The notes below the pieces were generated by a model. It saw nothing but the letters and a program-made list of their open reading frames with translations. It ran no database searches and had not been told where the DNA came from. Source: a virus (taxonomy: Duplodnaviria; Caudoviricetes). From it: a stretch of DNA of 64,000 nt. The DNA is taken from the IMG/VR virus record IMGVR_UViG_2895778652_000001, positions 28,986 to 92,985 of that record; one strand, given 5' to 3'. How positions within the stretch are numbered: the first letter of the stretch is position 1; each line of letters opens with the position of its first letter. Below are positions 9,406 through 19,124 of the stretch, one piece after another. Both the position numbers and the translations under genes were made by a program.

Positions 9406-10376
9406 GCGGCCACCCGCCCCAGCATCGGCAACACCACAGCCCGCAGTTGGGCCAGCATGGCTTCAGGGGTGGGATAGGCGGCTCGCCATTCAAGGACAAA
9501 TGGATGGGATTCCGGTAGCAGCATGAGACGCTGGTTCTCCTTCCAGGTCAGCCCTGGCGCGTTCTGCTTCTTCCGCAGGAACAGGCACAGACTCGCGCTC
9601 TCCAGGGCATTCTTGGGCTGATCACTGGGCATAGGCACTTCCTCCACAGCGATAGGCGCGGCCACCTGGGCTTCCAGGCGTTCGCATTCGGCGTTGAGAC
9701 TGGCGATCACGGTGCGGCTGGAGGCAAGGTCCTGCCGCAGTTGGTGGGCTTCATTGCGGGCGTCGCGTTCCCGGTTGTTGTTGGCGCTGCGTTCGGAGTC
9801 CAGCAGGCGGGTCAGGCGGGCAATCTCCCGCGCTGACGCCTCGCGCTCGCGGGTCAACTGGGCGGAGGCGGCATCCAGCGCCCGCCGCGCCTCTGTCGCC
9901 TCACGGGCAGCCGCATCGGCCCCGGCAGTCATCTGCTCGCGCTCGGCAGCCAGGGTGGCCTGACTCTGCCCCTCGATCTCGGTGCGGTACACCTCGATGC
10001 CCTCCGAGATGCTGGCCTTGATGCCGTCCCAGATCACCGCCAGCGCCTCATCCGTCCGGTCCCGGATGCGGCGGCGCGGATCGGCAGAGGCCCCGGCAAA
10101 CTCGGTCAGGGCAAACGAGGTCAGGTCCAGCGTGCGGTCCAGCAGGTACGCGGCGATCTCGCTCCCGTCCTCCCGTTTGCGCGCCGCCGTGGTGTGGACC
10201 GTCAGCACGTCCATCGCGCTGATCCAGGCCCTGCGCCACTCCCGGTCCGTCAGGCGGGCAGCGCGGGCAAAGGACAGGGCGCAGTCCTCTGGGGGAACAA
10301 GGTCTGCCGTGGGGGCGCGGCGCGGCTGGGCTTTGATGGCGGCGATGTCGGCAGGATTGATCATTGAGGCGGTCAC
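9402..10376 (-). CDS. Coiled-coil phage protein
   Basis: AAGGAG SD before GTG 10376; long A/E/R heptad region. Confidence 0.65.
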   Translation of the reverse strand: MTASMINPADIAAIKAQPRRAPTADLVPPEDCALSFARAARLTDREWRRAWISAMDVLTVHTTAARKREDGSEIAAYLLDRTLDLTSFALTEFAGASADPRRRIRDRTDEALAVIWDGIKASISEGIEVYRTEIEGQSQATLAAEREQMTAGADAAAREATEARRALDAASAQLTREREASAREIARLTRLLDSERSANNNRERDARNEAHQLRQDLASSRTVIASLNAECERLEAQVAAPIAVEEVPMPSDQPKNALESASLCLFLRKKQNAPGLTWKENQRLMLLPESHPFVLEWRAAYPTPEAMLAQLRAVVLPMLGRVAA

Positions 10377-10910
10377 GGTTGGCTCCTTGCGCCGAACAGG
10401 CTCGGCATTTTGGGTTGGGTGGGTTTGGGAACTGACAGGGGTGCAGATGGGGGTGTGATGACACTCAGTTCCCAGGTCTTCTCGATGACATGGATCTCCT
10501 CGCCGGTGGTGGTCTGGATGGCCCAGCAGGTGCCGATGCCTGGCACGTACCAGCAATGACGCAGGACGGTGCCGAATCGTTCTCCAGCGGCGTAGTACTC
10601 GTTCAGGTGGGGGTTTGCAAAGATCGGCACGACAAACCGGACCTGCACTCCTTCGTCAATGGACTGGGACACCAGAGGTCCTCCAGGAACGTCTCGCCCC
10701 TGGCGGTGAGCGCGTAGCTGCCCTCGTCCCGCCGGGCGTACCCGAGAACGCACAGCTCGCTCAGGCGGTGGCCCAGGCGGGTGATCTCCTGACTGCGCCG
10801 CGCCAGCCGCGCGAGAATCTCCTCACGGGCACACGGCTCAGCGCTCAGGACCGACAGCACCGCGTGACGGTCCCCCATCTGGCAGGGAGAGACGCGGTGG
10901 GCGGGCCAGG

Positions 10911-11585
10911 TCATGCCTCCACCCGCTTGAATGTGATGGCCCAGACCCAGACCCACGGCTCAGCCTCGAAACTGCCTGCCCCGTGGATCTGATTCCAGAG
11001 ACTCCTGAAGCCATTGCGGTGGGTGGACTCGGGGAGCGCCTGCCCCTGCACAAAACTGGCAGCGTCCATCAGGAATTCAGCGGGTGCACCCTCGGCCCGT
11101 GCGTCGGCCTCGGTGATCGCCTGCACGGGCTGGGCGCTGACTGCCGTGACTTCCAGGGTGATGCGGCTGGCCCAGTGGGGCATGAAGATCGGAGACTTCC
11201 ACTGCCACTCCGGCTCCTGCTGATCGGCGGCATACAGCACGTTCTCCCGGATACGCAGCGCCTGCGGCAGATCGGCGGTTCGGCGTTCACCCCCGTCCCA
11301 CTCAAAAAAGCTCAGCCGGGCGTCGTCGTCGAACCAGGCATCGTCATCTGCGCTGGGGTCAAGCAGAAACCGTTCGCGCACCCATAAGCGGTCCCCCTCG
11401 GCGTACTTCCACTTGACCTGCCGCCCGTGGCCGTCCTCCAGACCGCTGGGGACGAACGGAGAGGCGCGCAGGCCCGCGTGGGGCTGGGGCTTGATGATTC
11501 GGCGGGTTTGCGTCTTGCTGCCGTCCAGCAGGCCGGGAATCATAGGGGCGCTGAAGATGATGGGCTTCTCTCTGTGGTTAGGCAT
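10911..11585 (-). CDS. ASCH/PUA-like phage protein
   Basis: PIIFSAPMI..LLDGSKTQTRR, GDRLWVRE, SPIFMPHWASRITLEV, PWVW motifs. Confidence 0.8.
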   Translation of the reverse strand: MPNHREKPIIFSAPMIPGLLDGSKTQTRRIIKPQPHAGLRASPFVPSGLEDGHGRQVKWKYAEGDRLWVRERFLLDPSADDDAWFDDDARLSFFEWDGGERRTADLPQALRIRENVLYAADQQEPEWQWKSPIFMPHWASRITLEVTAVSAQPVQAITEADARAEGAPAEFLMDAASFVQGQALPESTHRNGFRSLWNQIHGAGSFEAEPWVWVWAITFKRVEA

Positions 11586-11910
11586 CGGTGACCCTCCCGG
11601 ACTTCAGGTCTACAACGGTGTGCCGGTGGCCGCCCAGGTCTATAGCCAGGGCGACGGCCACGCCCAGCAGCAGGCCCTGAACCTCCTCACTGCTGGGAAC
11701 GCGCCCGTGTTGCCCGTTGGCCTCCACCAACTGGAAGCGGTCCGTGAACGTGACGCGCAGGTTGGTGGGCGCGTCGATGGCATGCCCGAACGCCACCGCT
11801 AGGGCCGCGCCGAAGACCGGGCCGACACGCTCACGGTGGACAGTGAACAGGGGGATGTAGCTCTGGGGGGCCTCGATCATGAACTGAGCAGTGACGTCAT
11901 GGTCTGGCAT
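11578..11910 (-). CDS. Hypothetical phage protein
   Basis: ORF between MTase and ASCH gene. Confidence 0.5.
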   Translation of the reverse strand: MPDHDVTAQFMIEAPQSYIPLFTVHRERVGPVFGAALAVAFGHAIDAPTNLRVTFTDRFQLVEANGQHGRVPSSEEVQGLLLGVAVALAIDLGGHRHTVVDLKSGRVTDA

Positions 11911-11911
11911 T

Positions 11912-13981
11912 TCAGTCCGCCGCCTCGGCCACCACGGCGCTGAGCTGGGCATGGGTCAGCACCTGCGCCAGTTGTGGGCAGACGCTGTTGCCGATGCCAC
12001 GCACCTGGCGGGCCTTGCTGATCGACTTGCCCTCAGCATCCCGCTCCAGCACGAACGAGTCTGGGAACCCCTGGCAGCGCGCCAGCTCACGCGGGCTGAG
12101 CATCCGCATCCCGATGTCCGCCAGCACGTACCACTCGCCCCGGATGTTCAGGACCACCAGGCCGTCGCGGCTGTAAGGGGCCAGCGCGCCTTCTCCGAGA
12201 TACGCCAGCAGGAAGGCATGGACCTCGCGCGCCCGATCCAGCTCCGCGCTGGTCAGGGCAGGCCAGCAGGTGACGGTGATCACACCCGTTTTCCCCCCGC
12301 TGCCCTGGGTCATCACCGTGGGGGCAGGGGCCGTGATGTCCGCGCCGTTGCTGGTGCCGAGCTGGCGCATGAGGGTGGCTGCCGAGACGCCGAAACGGTC
12401 ACGGGTGGGGATGGTCCGCAGCGGCACGTCCGCTTCCTGGCCTGGATCGCCCTCGCCGTTGCTGCCGTAGTACGCGGTCAGGCAGGCGGTGGTCAGGCCG
12501 TAGCTGTTCTTGCTGACCACGGTGGGGAGCTGGGCCGTGACGGGGTAAACGCACTGGCTCCAACTGCGCTGGTTATCCGTCTTGAGCAGCGCGCCGGTCA
12601 CCAGTGCCTGCGGACCACCCTGGGCCAGCACGGTGCGCGCCGGGCGGTCAGCGGAATAGCTGGCGTCTTCGGGCGGGAGGCTGCCGCCGTTGTGCTGGAC
12701 AAAGTGGGCGGTGGAGATCCCGAGTGGGGCCGCTGCGCCCGTGCCGCCGGTGGTCACGGTATACATCGGCTTGTCGGCACTCTGGCCCACGCTGCCCGTG
12801 TTGAACTTCAGCACCTGGCCCACCACCAGCCGCGCCCCGTTCGCCGTGGTGGTCACGGTGGCGGCTGGCATGTTCACGTCCACCGCGCGGGCCTGCTGAC
12901 CGGGCGCTTCACCGTTGCGAGGGACAAAGTACGCGCCCAGCAGTTCGTTCTTGTTGTGGTTGGTGGTCACGGTGGAGAGCGGCGCATCCGGCGAGCGCGC
13001 AGGATTGCTGTGCTGTTTGTTGACCACATACGGGGCCAGCAGCGGGCGCGTCAGGCCGTGCGCTTCGTGGGCGGCGGTGATGGTGTTGAACGGCTGATCC
13101 AGGCCCTGACCTCTGAACCCTGCCCCACTGTGGTTGCAGGTCACGATGAACGGCTGGGCAGCCTCCAGAACGAAGCGACGCAGGCCCTGGGCCACGCGGT
13201 TCATGGTGTTCGTCACCAGCGGCTTCTTCCGGTCAAAGATGGAGGGGCAGGGGATGTCCCAGTCGATGCAGGACGCGGCGGATTTGTAGGATTCCAGCAG
13301 GCCAGCTTTCACGCAGGGGTCTGTCGGGGCGGCGTGCGTGGGCGCGGGCCAGACGATGGGCAGGCCATCCCGGCGGGCGATCAGGAACAGGCGCTTCCTG
13401 ATGGTGGGTGTGCCGTAATCGCAAGCCCGCAGCTCGCGGTGTTCCACCTGGTAGCCCTGATAGCGTAGTGCGTTCACGAAGCTGTTGAAGGTGCGGCCCT
13501 TCTGCGCGGGGTCCGGTCTGCCGTCGGGCAACAACGGGCACCAGTCGCGGAACTCCTCGACGTTCTCCAAGATGATCACGCGGGGTTTAACCAGCGCCGC
13601 CCAGCGGACCGCCACCCAGGCCAGGCCACGAATGCCCCGATCCAGCAGCGCCGCACCTTTGGCTTTGCTGAAGTGCGTGCATGTGGGAGAGAACCAGCAC
13701 AGCGCCACCGGCTGACCGCGCGTGACCTCCAGTGGGTCCACATGCCACACGTCTTCCACGCTGTGGTGGCTGTGAGGGTGGTTGACGCGGTGCAGGCTGA
13801 CGGCCACCGGATCGTGGTTGATGGCATGGTCCACTGGACGGCCCAATGCGGCCTCTATCCCAGAGCTGGCCCCGCCGATGCCAGCAAAGTTGTCGATTAC
13901 GAGTTCACCCTCGGCCAGCAGCCCAGCGTTCAGGCGGACAGCGAGGTACGGGAACAGTGGGGCGTAGGTGGGTGACTTCAC
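11912..13981 (-). CDS. dcm: DNA (cytosine-5) methyltransferase with expanded variable region
   Basis: Motif I DNFAGIGG, IV SPTC, VI ENV, VIII RKRLF, IX RMLSPRELARCQGFP, X GNSV. Confidence 0.92.
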   Translation of the reverse strand: MKSPTYAPLFPYLAVRLNAGLLAEGELVIDNFAGIGGASSGIEAALGRPVDHAINHDPVAVSLHRVNHPHSHHSVEDVWHVDPLEVTRGQPVALCWFSPTCTHFSKAKGAALLDRGIRGLAWVAVRWAALVKPRVIILENVEEFRDWCPLLPDGRPDPAQKGRTFNSFVNALRYQGYQVEHRELRACDYGTPTIRKRLFLIARRDGLPIVWPAPTHAAPTDPCVKAGLLESYKSAASCIDWDIPCPSIFDRKKPLVTNTMNRVAQGLRRFVLEAAQPFIVTCNHSGAGFRGQGLDQPFNTITAAHEAHGLTRPLLAPYVVNKQHSNPARSPDAPLSTVTTNHNKNELLGAYFVPRNGEAPGQQARAVDVNMPAATVTTTANGARLVVGQVLKFNTGSVGQSADKPMYTVTTGGTGAAAPLGISTAHFVQHNGGSLPPEDASYSADRPARTVLAQGGPQALVTGALLKTDNQRSWSQCVYPVTAQLPTVVSKNSYGLTTACLTAYYGSNGEGDPGQEADVPLRTIPTRDRFGVSAATLMRQLGTSNGADITAPAPTVMTQGSGGKTGVITVTCWPALTSAELDRAREVHAFLLAYLGEGALAPYSRDGLVVLNIRGEWYVLADIGMRMLSPRELARCQGFPDSFVLERDAEGKSISKARQVRGIGNSVCPQLAQVLTHAQLSAVVAEAAD

Positions 13982-14802
13982 AGGGGGCCTCCAAACAGCG
14001 GACCAAACTCCGGCTGCGGGTGAGTGGGTGGAGGCGAGTTGAGGAAACCGCGCATGGCGTCCACCACGCGGGCGAACTGGGCGTCCTCTTCGGGGAGGGG
14101 TGCATTGAGGTTGTGATACGGCATCGCCAGATCCCAGAAGCGGTTGCGCCACGTCCAGCGGTTCTCCAGGGCCAGCGTGTTGCCGCAGACCACCTGCGCG
14201 GGCAGGCCCCAGAGGGTCAGGTTCAGGAAGGTGGCCCAGCAGGAGCGGGCGCTCAGGTCCTGGGCGGTCCAGCAGACGTTGAGCGGGTGGCCGCCGCGCT
14301 CGATCAGCACCTCAGTGAAGGCCAGGATCATGCCGCCCGTGCCGCAGGCGGGTTCGTTGCAGTGCAGCACCTCACCGGGGGTCAGATCGGCGCTCAGGGT
14401 CATCTGGGCCATCAGGCGGCAGATGCTGCGCGGGGTGTAAAACTCCGCCCCAGCAGCACGGTCCAGCCGATGCCCAATCTCCATGTAGACCGGACCCAGC
14501 AGATCGGTATAGGGCCGGTCATCCATGTCGGTGATCAACTGGTGGAACGCCCGCACGATTACGCCGAGGTCATGCTCGTCCAGACCCCGCACGGCGTCCA
14601 GATACGTCTCTTCCTGCTGGCTCAGCGTCAGGGCAGCGGCCCCGGCCTGGACAAGACGGCGGTAAGCCTCGGACACACGGACGCGCCGGACCTCCTCCAG
14701 AATGCGGAAGAACGGCAGGCGCAGCGGATCACCGATGAAGCCCTTCTCGCGGTCCGCCTCGGCAGACTGGCGCTGATAGGCGCGGGCCATCTTAGACGTC
14801 AT
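13978..14802 (-). CDS. N-6 DNA methylase family (HsdM-like) protein, lacks an obvious NPPY/F motif
   Basis: AEFYTPRSICRLMA and EPACGTGGMIL SAM-binding motifs. Confidence 0.8.
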   Translation of the reverse strand: MTSKMARAYQRQSAEADREKGFIGDPLRLPFFRILEEVRRVRVSEAYRRLVQAGAAALTLSQQEETYLDAVRGLDEHDLGVIVRAFHQLITDMDDRPYTDLLGPVYMEIGHRLDRAAGAEFYTPRSICRLMAQMTLSADLTPGEVLHCNEPACGTGGMILAFTEVLIERGGHPLNVCWTAQDLSARSCWATFLNLTLWGLPAQVVCGNTLALENRWTWRNRFWDLAMPYHNLNAPLPEEDAQFARVVDAMRGFLNSPPPTHPQPEFGPLFGGPL

Positions 14803-15652
14803 TTAAGCCGCCGTCCTGGCCCAACCAATCCAAGCTGCCGTGCGTGCCACGCAGCCGTCTCCAGCCCACCGGATTGATCCACAGGCATTCCTGACGGTGC
14901 CCGTTGCTCTGGGCGCGTGCGGTGGTGCTGACCAGGTGCCAGCCCGCGAGCTGCTCGGAGTACTGCGCGCTCGGGTAGCCGCTCATGACCACTGGGCCGA
15001 CGTGCCCGAGTACCGCATCGATCAGCGCCTGATGTTCAGCAGGCGTCTTCAATTCATGGTCATACAGCCGCCCAGCCTTGTGGGTTTCTCCGAGGTAGGG
15101 CGGATCGATGTACAGCAGCGTCTCTGAGTTGTTGACCCGTTGGATCAGCGCCAGAGCGTCCAGGTTGCTGATCTGGGCATTCATCAGGCGGTCAGCCGCG
15201 AAGGCGATCCGCTCAGGCAGGTTGCGCCAGGCTGTGAGGGGCGTCTGCTGATCGACACCCCGGAAGCGCCAGCCGGTCTTGCGCTGCATGGCCCGTTTGC
15301 CGTACTGCTGCCAGGTGATCGTGATCATGCAGCGGGCGCGTTCCAGATCCGGCAATTCGTCCGGGGCCAGCAGGGCCGCGCAACATGCCTCGTACTCGTC
15401 CAGCGCCCAGGGCGTCAGGGAAACCTGCTCCGCCAGTGCCTGTGGCTGGGTTCGCAGCACCCGGAAGACCGCCACCACGTTGCCGTCCAGATCGTTGATG
15501 ATCTCGGTGGCGGCCTCGGGCTTGAGGAAGAACACGCCGCCAGAACCGAAGAACGGCTCGCAATACACCTTGTGGGGCGGCAGGTGCCCGATGACCCACT
15601 CGGCAATGCGCCACTTGCTGCCAGGCCAGCGCAGGACCGGGGCAGCCGTCAC
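14792..15652 (-). CDS. dam: DNA adenine methyltransferase (Dam/D12 class)
   Basis: RWPGSKW, EPFFGSG, INDLD, YIDPPY. Confidence 0.92.
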   Translation of the reverse strand: MTAAPVLRWPGSKWRIAEWVIGHLPPHKVYCEPFFGSGGVFFLKPEAATEIINDLDGNVVAVFRVLRTQPQALAEQVSLTPWALDEYEACCAALLAPDELPDLERARCMITITWQQYGKRAMQRKTGWRFRGVDQQTPLTAWRNLPERIAFAADRLMNAQISNLDALALIQRVNNSETLLYIDPPYLGETHKAGRLYDHELKTPAEHQALIDAVLGHVGPVVMSGYPSAQYSEQLAGWHLVSTTARAQSNGHRQECLWINPVGWRRLRGTHGSLDWLGQDGGLNDV

Positions 15653-15876
15653 AGCAGCTCCCCCACCCAGTGTTCCAGCGTCTGGCCATTGCGCTGATCA
15701 CTGGGGCGAGACTGGGCCAGCCCGCGCTTCCGCAGGGTCCACATGTAGCCGCTGCACTGCTTGAGCGGTAGGCCAGTCTCGTCCACCAGCTCGCGCGTGG
15801 TCATCGGCACGCCAAGGAACTCGCTCAGCGCCACGAGGACCTTGTGGATGTCGCTCCCAGGGACGACGACACTCAC
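15649..15876 (-). CDS. Winged-helix DNA-binding protein
   Basis: PMTTRELVDETGLPLKQCSGYMWTLRKRGL. Confidence 0.6.
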   Translation of the reverse strand: MSVVVPGSDIHKVLVALSEFLGVPMTTRELVDETGLPLKQCSGYMWTLRKRGLAQSRPSDQRNGQTLEHWVGELL

Positions 15877-16232
15877 GCCGCCCCCGCCTTCGCCGTGGCC
15901 TGCCGGGCGAGCAGCACCAGGGCCTCGAAACACACCGGATCGTTGTGCATGGGCCGCACCGTCCAACGCGGCATCAGGGCCAGCACCTCACCCTCGCTGA
16001 CCGACTCCGGCAACCCCTCCAGAATCTGCTGCACCAGACTCCGCAACACGCCGATCCGCACCGGGTCCGCGCCCGCGCAGTAATTGACGGCATACACGCC
16101 ACCGCCCACGCGGTTCGCCACCACGCGAACGCCAAACAGCACGCGGTGACAGCCGAACTCCCACTGGGCCGTCTCAGAAGTCAGGCGCAGCACGTCATAG
16201 GACTCGGTGGTGGGAGCGAGAGAGAAGATCAC
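15873..16232 (-). CDS. Hypothetical phage protein
   Basis: Coupled overlaps. Confidence 0.55.
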   Translation of the reverse strand: MIFSLAPTTESYDVLRLTSETAQWEFGCHRVLFGVRVVANRVGGGVYAVNYCAGADPVRIGVLRSLVQQILEGLPESVSEGEVLALMPRWTVRPMHNDPVCFEALVLLARQATAKAGAA

Positions 16233-16858
16233 AGCCAGCCCCGCGCGCCCAGTCTTTCCATGAGGACCGTCTGCTGCATCGCTGCCGCATCCCGCAGGAA
16301 ATCCAGTGTCACCAGAAAGCGGCGCTCAATGGTGAACGTCGCGTGGTAGCCGTACAGGATGTTGCGCGCCCGCTGACTCAGGGCTTCCGTTTCGTCCTCT
16401 CCGGCCCAGCCGTATATCGGCCCACCCAGGAGGTGCGCGTGCGCTTCCAGGCGGCAGGCGTGCCAGTCCATCGCCTTGACGGCGGGGTCCAGCTCCACGG
16501 GCACGCCGTAGTGGGCCGCGCACGCTGCCCAGACGCGCGCCTCGACTTTCTGGTAGTCCGGCAACAGGCGCTTGAGCGGGGCCGACACGTCCCCCACGTA
16601 ACATTCTGCGGCGTCGTGGACCAGGCCCTGGAGCAGCAGCCCGGCGTCCCGGTGGCCACGCTCGGCCAGCAGTTCCACCACCAGTAGGCTGTGCTGCGCC
16701 ACCGAGAAGGCGCGATTGAGATGGCCGGTGAAGCGGTTGATGTGGGCCAGCGCGTGCGCCACATCAGCGTCCTTGATGTGGGCGGGCGTGGGGCTGAGGA
16801 AATCGAAGGCAACGTGCCCATGGGTCTGATTCCAGGCAGGATGGGTGGGGGCAGTCAC
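16229..16858 (-). CDS. HD-domain phosphohydrolase (YfdR/YfbR-like 5'-deoxynucleotidase)
   Basis: AHALAHINRFTGH, SVAQHS, LVHDAAECYVGD. Confidence 0.88.
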   Translation of the reverse strand: MTAPTHPAWNQTHGHVAFDFLSPTPAHIKDADVAHALAHINRFTGHLNRAFSVAQHSLLVVELLAERGHRDAGLLLQGLVHDAAECYVGDVSAPLKRLLPDYQKVEARVWAACAAHYGVPVELDPAVKAMDWHACRLEAHAHLLGGPIYGWAGEDETEALSQRARNILYGYHATFTIERRFLVTLDFLRDAAAMQQTVLMERLGARGWL

Positions 16859-17039
16859 GACAGCACCTCGCTCCAGACGAACTTGACTTCCACGGTCAGC
16901 TCCTGGCGGCAGTTTGGGCAGGCGAGATACAGCACGCCGTCACTCAGGTGGCCGAAGGCGTTCTCCAGAATGTCCTCGGGAAACAGGTGCTGGCACCTGG
17001 GGCAACCCCCACGCGCTTCGTGGTCCTGAACGACAGCCA

Positions 17040-17288
17040 CTAAAACCACTCCAGTGGTCCGACATCCACCCATGCGCTGATCGGCTGCCCGCTCCAGCGC
17101 ACGCCCAGGCAAGCCAGAGCCGCGCCCAGCAGAAACGCGGGGAGCGAGAAAGACTGGACCGCCAGCAGGCAAATCAGCAAGGCCAGCGCCATCACTGGCC
17201 CACTCAAACGGCGGCGCAGGTTCGCGCGGCGCAGCCGGGCACGCAGGGCAGTCGGGGCAGGAGCGGTGGAATAGATCGGGTAATTCAT
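17040..17288 (-). CDS. Small two-TM membrane protein
   Basis: Two hydrophobic segments after a basic N-terminus. Confidence 0.5.
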   Translation of the reverse strand: MNYPIYSTAPAPTALRARLRRANLRRRLSGPVMALALLICLLAVQSFSLPAFLLGAALACLGVRWSGQPISAWVDVGPLEWF

Positions 17289-17710
17289 CGGCAGTCCTCC
17301 AGGAGCTGATCGAAAGGGCTGAGCTGGGATGGCGGCGTGGGCTGGGCGTATTGCTCGATCAAAGCGCGGCGTTCCTCCCGGCGGCGGCGCACGTCGGCCA
17401 GCAACACGTCACGGGCAGGCACGTCCGGGTGGATGGAGTCCTGCACCTGACGCAGCTCGGCAGTCACCGGGCAGGCCGCAGCGGTCAGGCGGTAGCCCAG
17501 AACGGGCATGCCCTCCTCGAACTGGCGGCGGGATTCCACGCGCTTCCGGCGTTTCAGACACAGCAGCAATGAACTCACGCCTGCCGGGTCCAGTGGGGCG
17601 CGGATGGGGCGGGGCAATTCCTCGGCGATCACGCGCACAGAGGCCCACGGGTGGGAGGCTAGATACGTTTCGATGCGGGCCAGCAGGCCGGGCCGGGTGG
17701 AGTCCATCAT
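17285..17710 (-). CDS. Winged-helix-like protein
   Basis: IETYLASHPWASVRVIAEEL...GYRL. Confidence 0.5.
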   Translation of the reverse strand: MMDSTRPGLLARIETYLASHPWASVRVIAEELPRPIRAPLDPAGVSSLLLCLKRRKRVESRRQFEEGMPVLGYRLTAAACPVTAELRQVQDSIHPDVPARDVLLADVRRRREERRALIEQYAQPTPPSQLSPFDQLLEDCR

Positions 17711-17964
17711 GCCCGCGCCGCCAGTTCCTGCCAGTTGTCGAGGGCCAGTTCAACCACCTGCGCGTTGCTGTATTCCTGCGCTGAGGCGTAGGCGTTCCGC
17801 ATGGCCTGAGCCGGGGTTGCGCCGTCCACCTCGATGGTGTCGCCCTCCGGGGAGAACAGACGCACGCTGCCGCCCTGCGTCCACCAAACCCGCCAGCCAC
17901 GCGCCTTCAGGTCCGCTTCCAGGCGCTTGGTGCTGCTGGTGGTGGGGAGCCAGGGGAGGTTCAC
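17707..17964 (-). CDS. Hypothetical phage protein
   Basis: Coupled overlaps. Confidence 0.5.
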   Translation of the reverse strand: MNLPWLPTTSSTKRLEADLKARGWRVWWTQGGSVRLFSPEGDTIEVDGATPAQAMRNAYASAQEYSNAQVVELALDNWQELAARA

Positions 17965-18359
17965 TGCTGATCCTTGCGGGCCACGCGGGTGAGCTGCCCG
18001 GCCCGGCACTCGTAAGGGCGGTTCTCGCCCTGCAAGAACACCTTGAAATCTGGCCCGCCTTTCTCCGGGTAATCGTCCACGATCAGGCCCGGCTCATCCT
18101 CCAGGGTGTCCACGTCCATGCTGACGGCCTGTTCGCAGGTGCCGTTCACGCGCACCCAGTCGCCTATCTGGAGATCGCCATTGCAGCGGATCAGCTCGGT
18201 ACGCTTCATATGGAGAATCAACCCAGCCGCGCTACCGCCCTCGGCAGCCAGTGTGTAGGTTCCGTATTCGTCCATCGAAACGACGCATGCCTGCTGGGCA
18301 CTCCAGCTGTCGCGGGTGATCACCACTTCGTCACCAGCGTCCAGAATCTGCTTGCTCAT
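17961..18359 (-). CDS. Hypothetical protein with tandem SH3/KOW-like repeats
   Basis: GDEVVI / LQIGDWVRV repeats. Confidence 0.55.
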   Translation of the reverse strand: MSKQILDAGDEVVITRDSWSAQQACVVSMDEYGTYTLAAEGGSAAGLILHMKRTELIRCNGDLQIGDWVRVNGTCEQAVSMDVDTLEDEPGLIVDDYPEKGGPDFKVFLQGENRPYECRAGQLTRVARKDQQ

Positions 18360-18528
18360 GCCGCCGCCATGCGGTTCAGTTCCATCCGGCAGGCCCGCGC
18401 GATCCGGTCACTGCGGCGGGCGCGGGTGCGGCGCTCAGGGGTGCAGGGATCGGCAGACAGCTCGGAGAACAGCGCCAGCGCATGCAGGCGGCGCAGGCGG
18501 GCGAGGCGAGAGCGGGCGGGACGGCGGA

Positions 18529-18939
18529 TCACGCCGCCACCTGTCCTTCCAGCCCGCTGGCCGCCTTCAGATCCCGCTCGAACTCAGCGCGCACTTTCTT
18601 CCAGCTCTTGACCACGTCGTTCAGGCGGCGGGTGCGGCGCGCGACGTGGAATGTGCCGCCGTCGGTGCTGACCTCAAAACCAAGCACGCGTAGGCCGGTG
18701 ATGACGCGGCTGGCGCTGAAGTTGAACTCGCGGCTGGCGGTGGTGGTGATCGCGCGTCCCTCAATGAACTTCAGTACTTCAGCGAACGCGACGAACTTCA
18801 GGACGCACTTGGGGCCGACAACACCGATGAAGGGCACGTCGTAGCCGCCCTTGCTCAGCGCCAGGCCGCAGCACGCGCACTGGGCGGCGTCCGCGTGGGG
18901 GAAGGTGTGGGGCTTGCTTTCGGGGGCGGTGTGCGTCAT
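18529..18939 (-). CDS. First gene of leftward early operon; CxxC...GPxC zinc-binding protein
   Basis: GGAGA SD; CACCG...VGPKC. Confidence 0.6.
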   Translation of the reverse strand: MTHTAPESKPHTFPHADAAQCACCGLALSKGGYDVPFIGVVGPKCVLKFVAFAEVLKFIEGRAITTTASREFNFSASRVITGLRVLGFEVSTDGGTFHVARRTRRLNDVVKSWKKVRAEFERDLKAASGLEGQVAA

Positions 18940-19013
18940 GCTTTCTCCGTTACTCCCTCGCCTGGATTTGCTTAGCGGCATTCGGCGGGGGAGTGCCTTT
19001 TTGGCTTGAAACA

Positions 19014-19063
19014 ATCTTACCATCTACTGGGGATATTATGCAACAATATCTCCAGTAGATAGG
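19014..19063 (-). promoter_or_regulatory. Leftward early promoter (TTGCAT-N18-TAAGAT) overlapped by a double operator
   Basis: 16-bp inverted repeat ATCTACTGGGGATATT (19022-37) / AATATCTCCAGTAGAT (19045-60), one mismatch. Confidence 0.7.
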
Positions 19064-19124
19064 AAGGTCGGCAACGCCCACCTGAACTTGATTTGTCTGC
19101 TACCGTAATTCACACAGGAGACAT

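Noticed and set aside
16229-16858. HD hydrolase as DatZ of a Z-genome (diaminopurine) pathway
   Set aside because: No purZ or phage DNA polymerase is present in the window; a YfdR-type assignment is sufficient.
19091-19108. RDRM-like ATTTGTCTGCTACCGTAA upstream of the TPR gene
   Set aside because: Only the right half matches and the spacing is off by one base.
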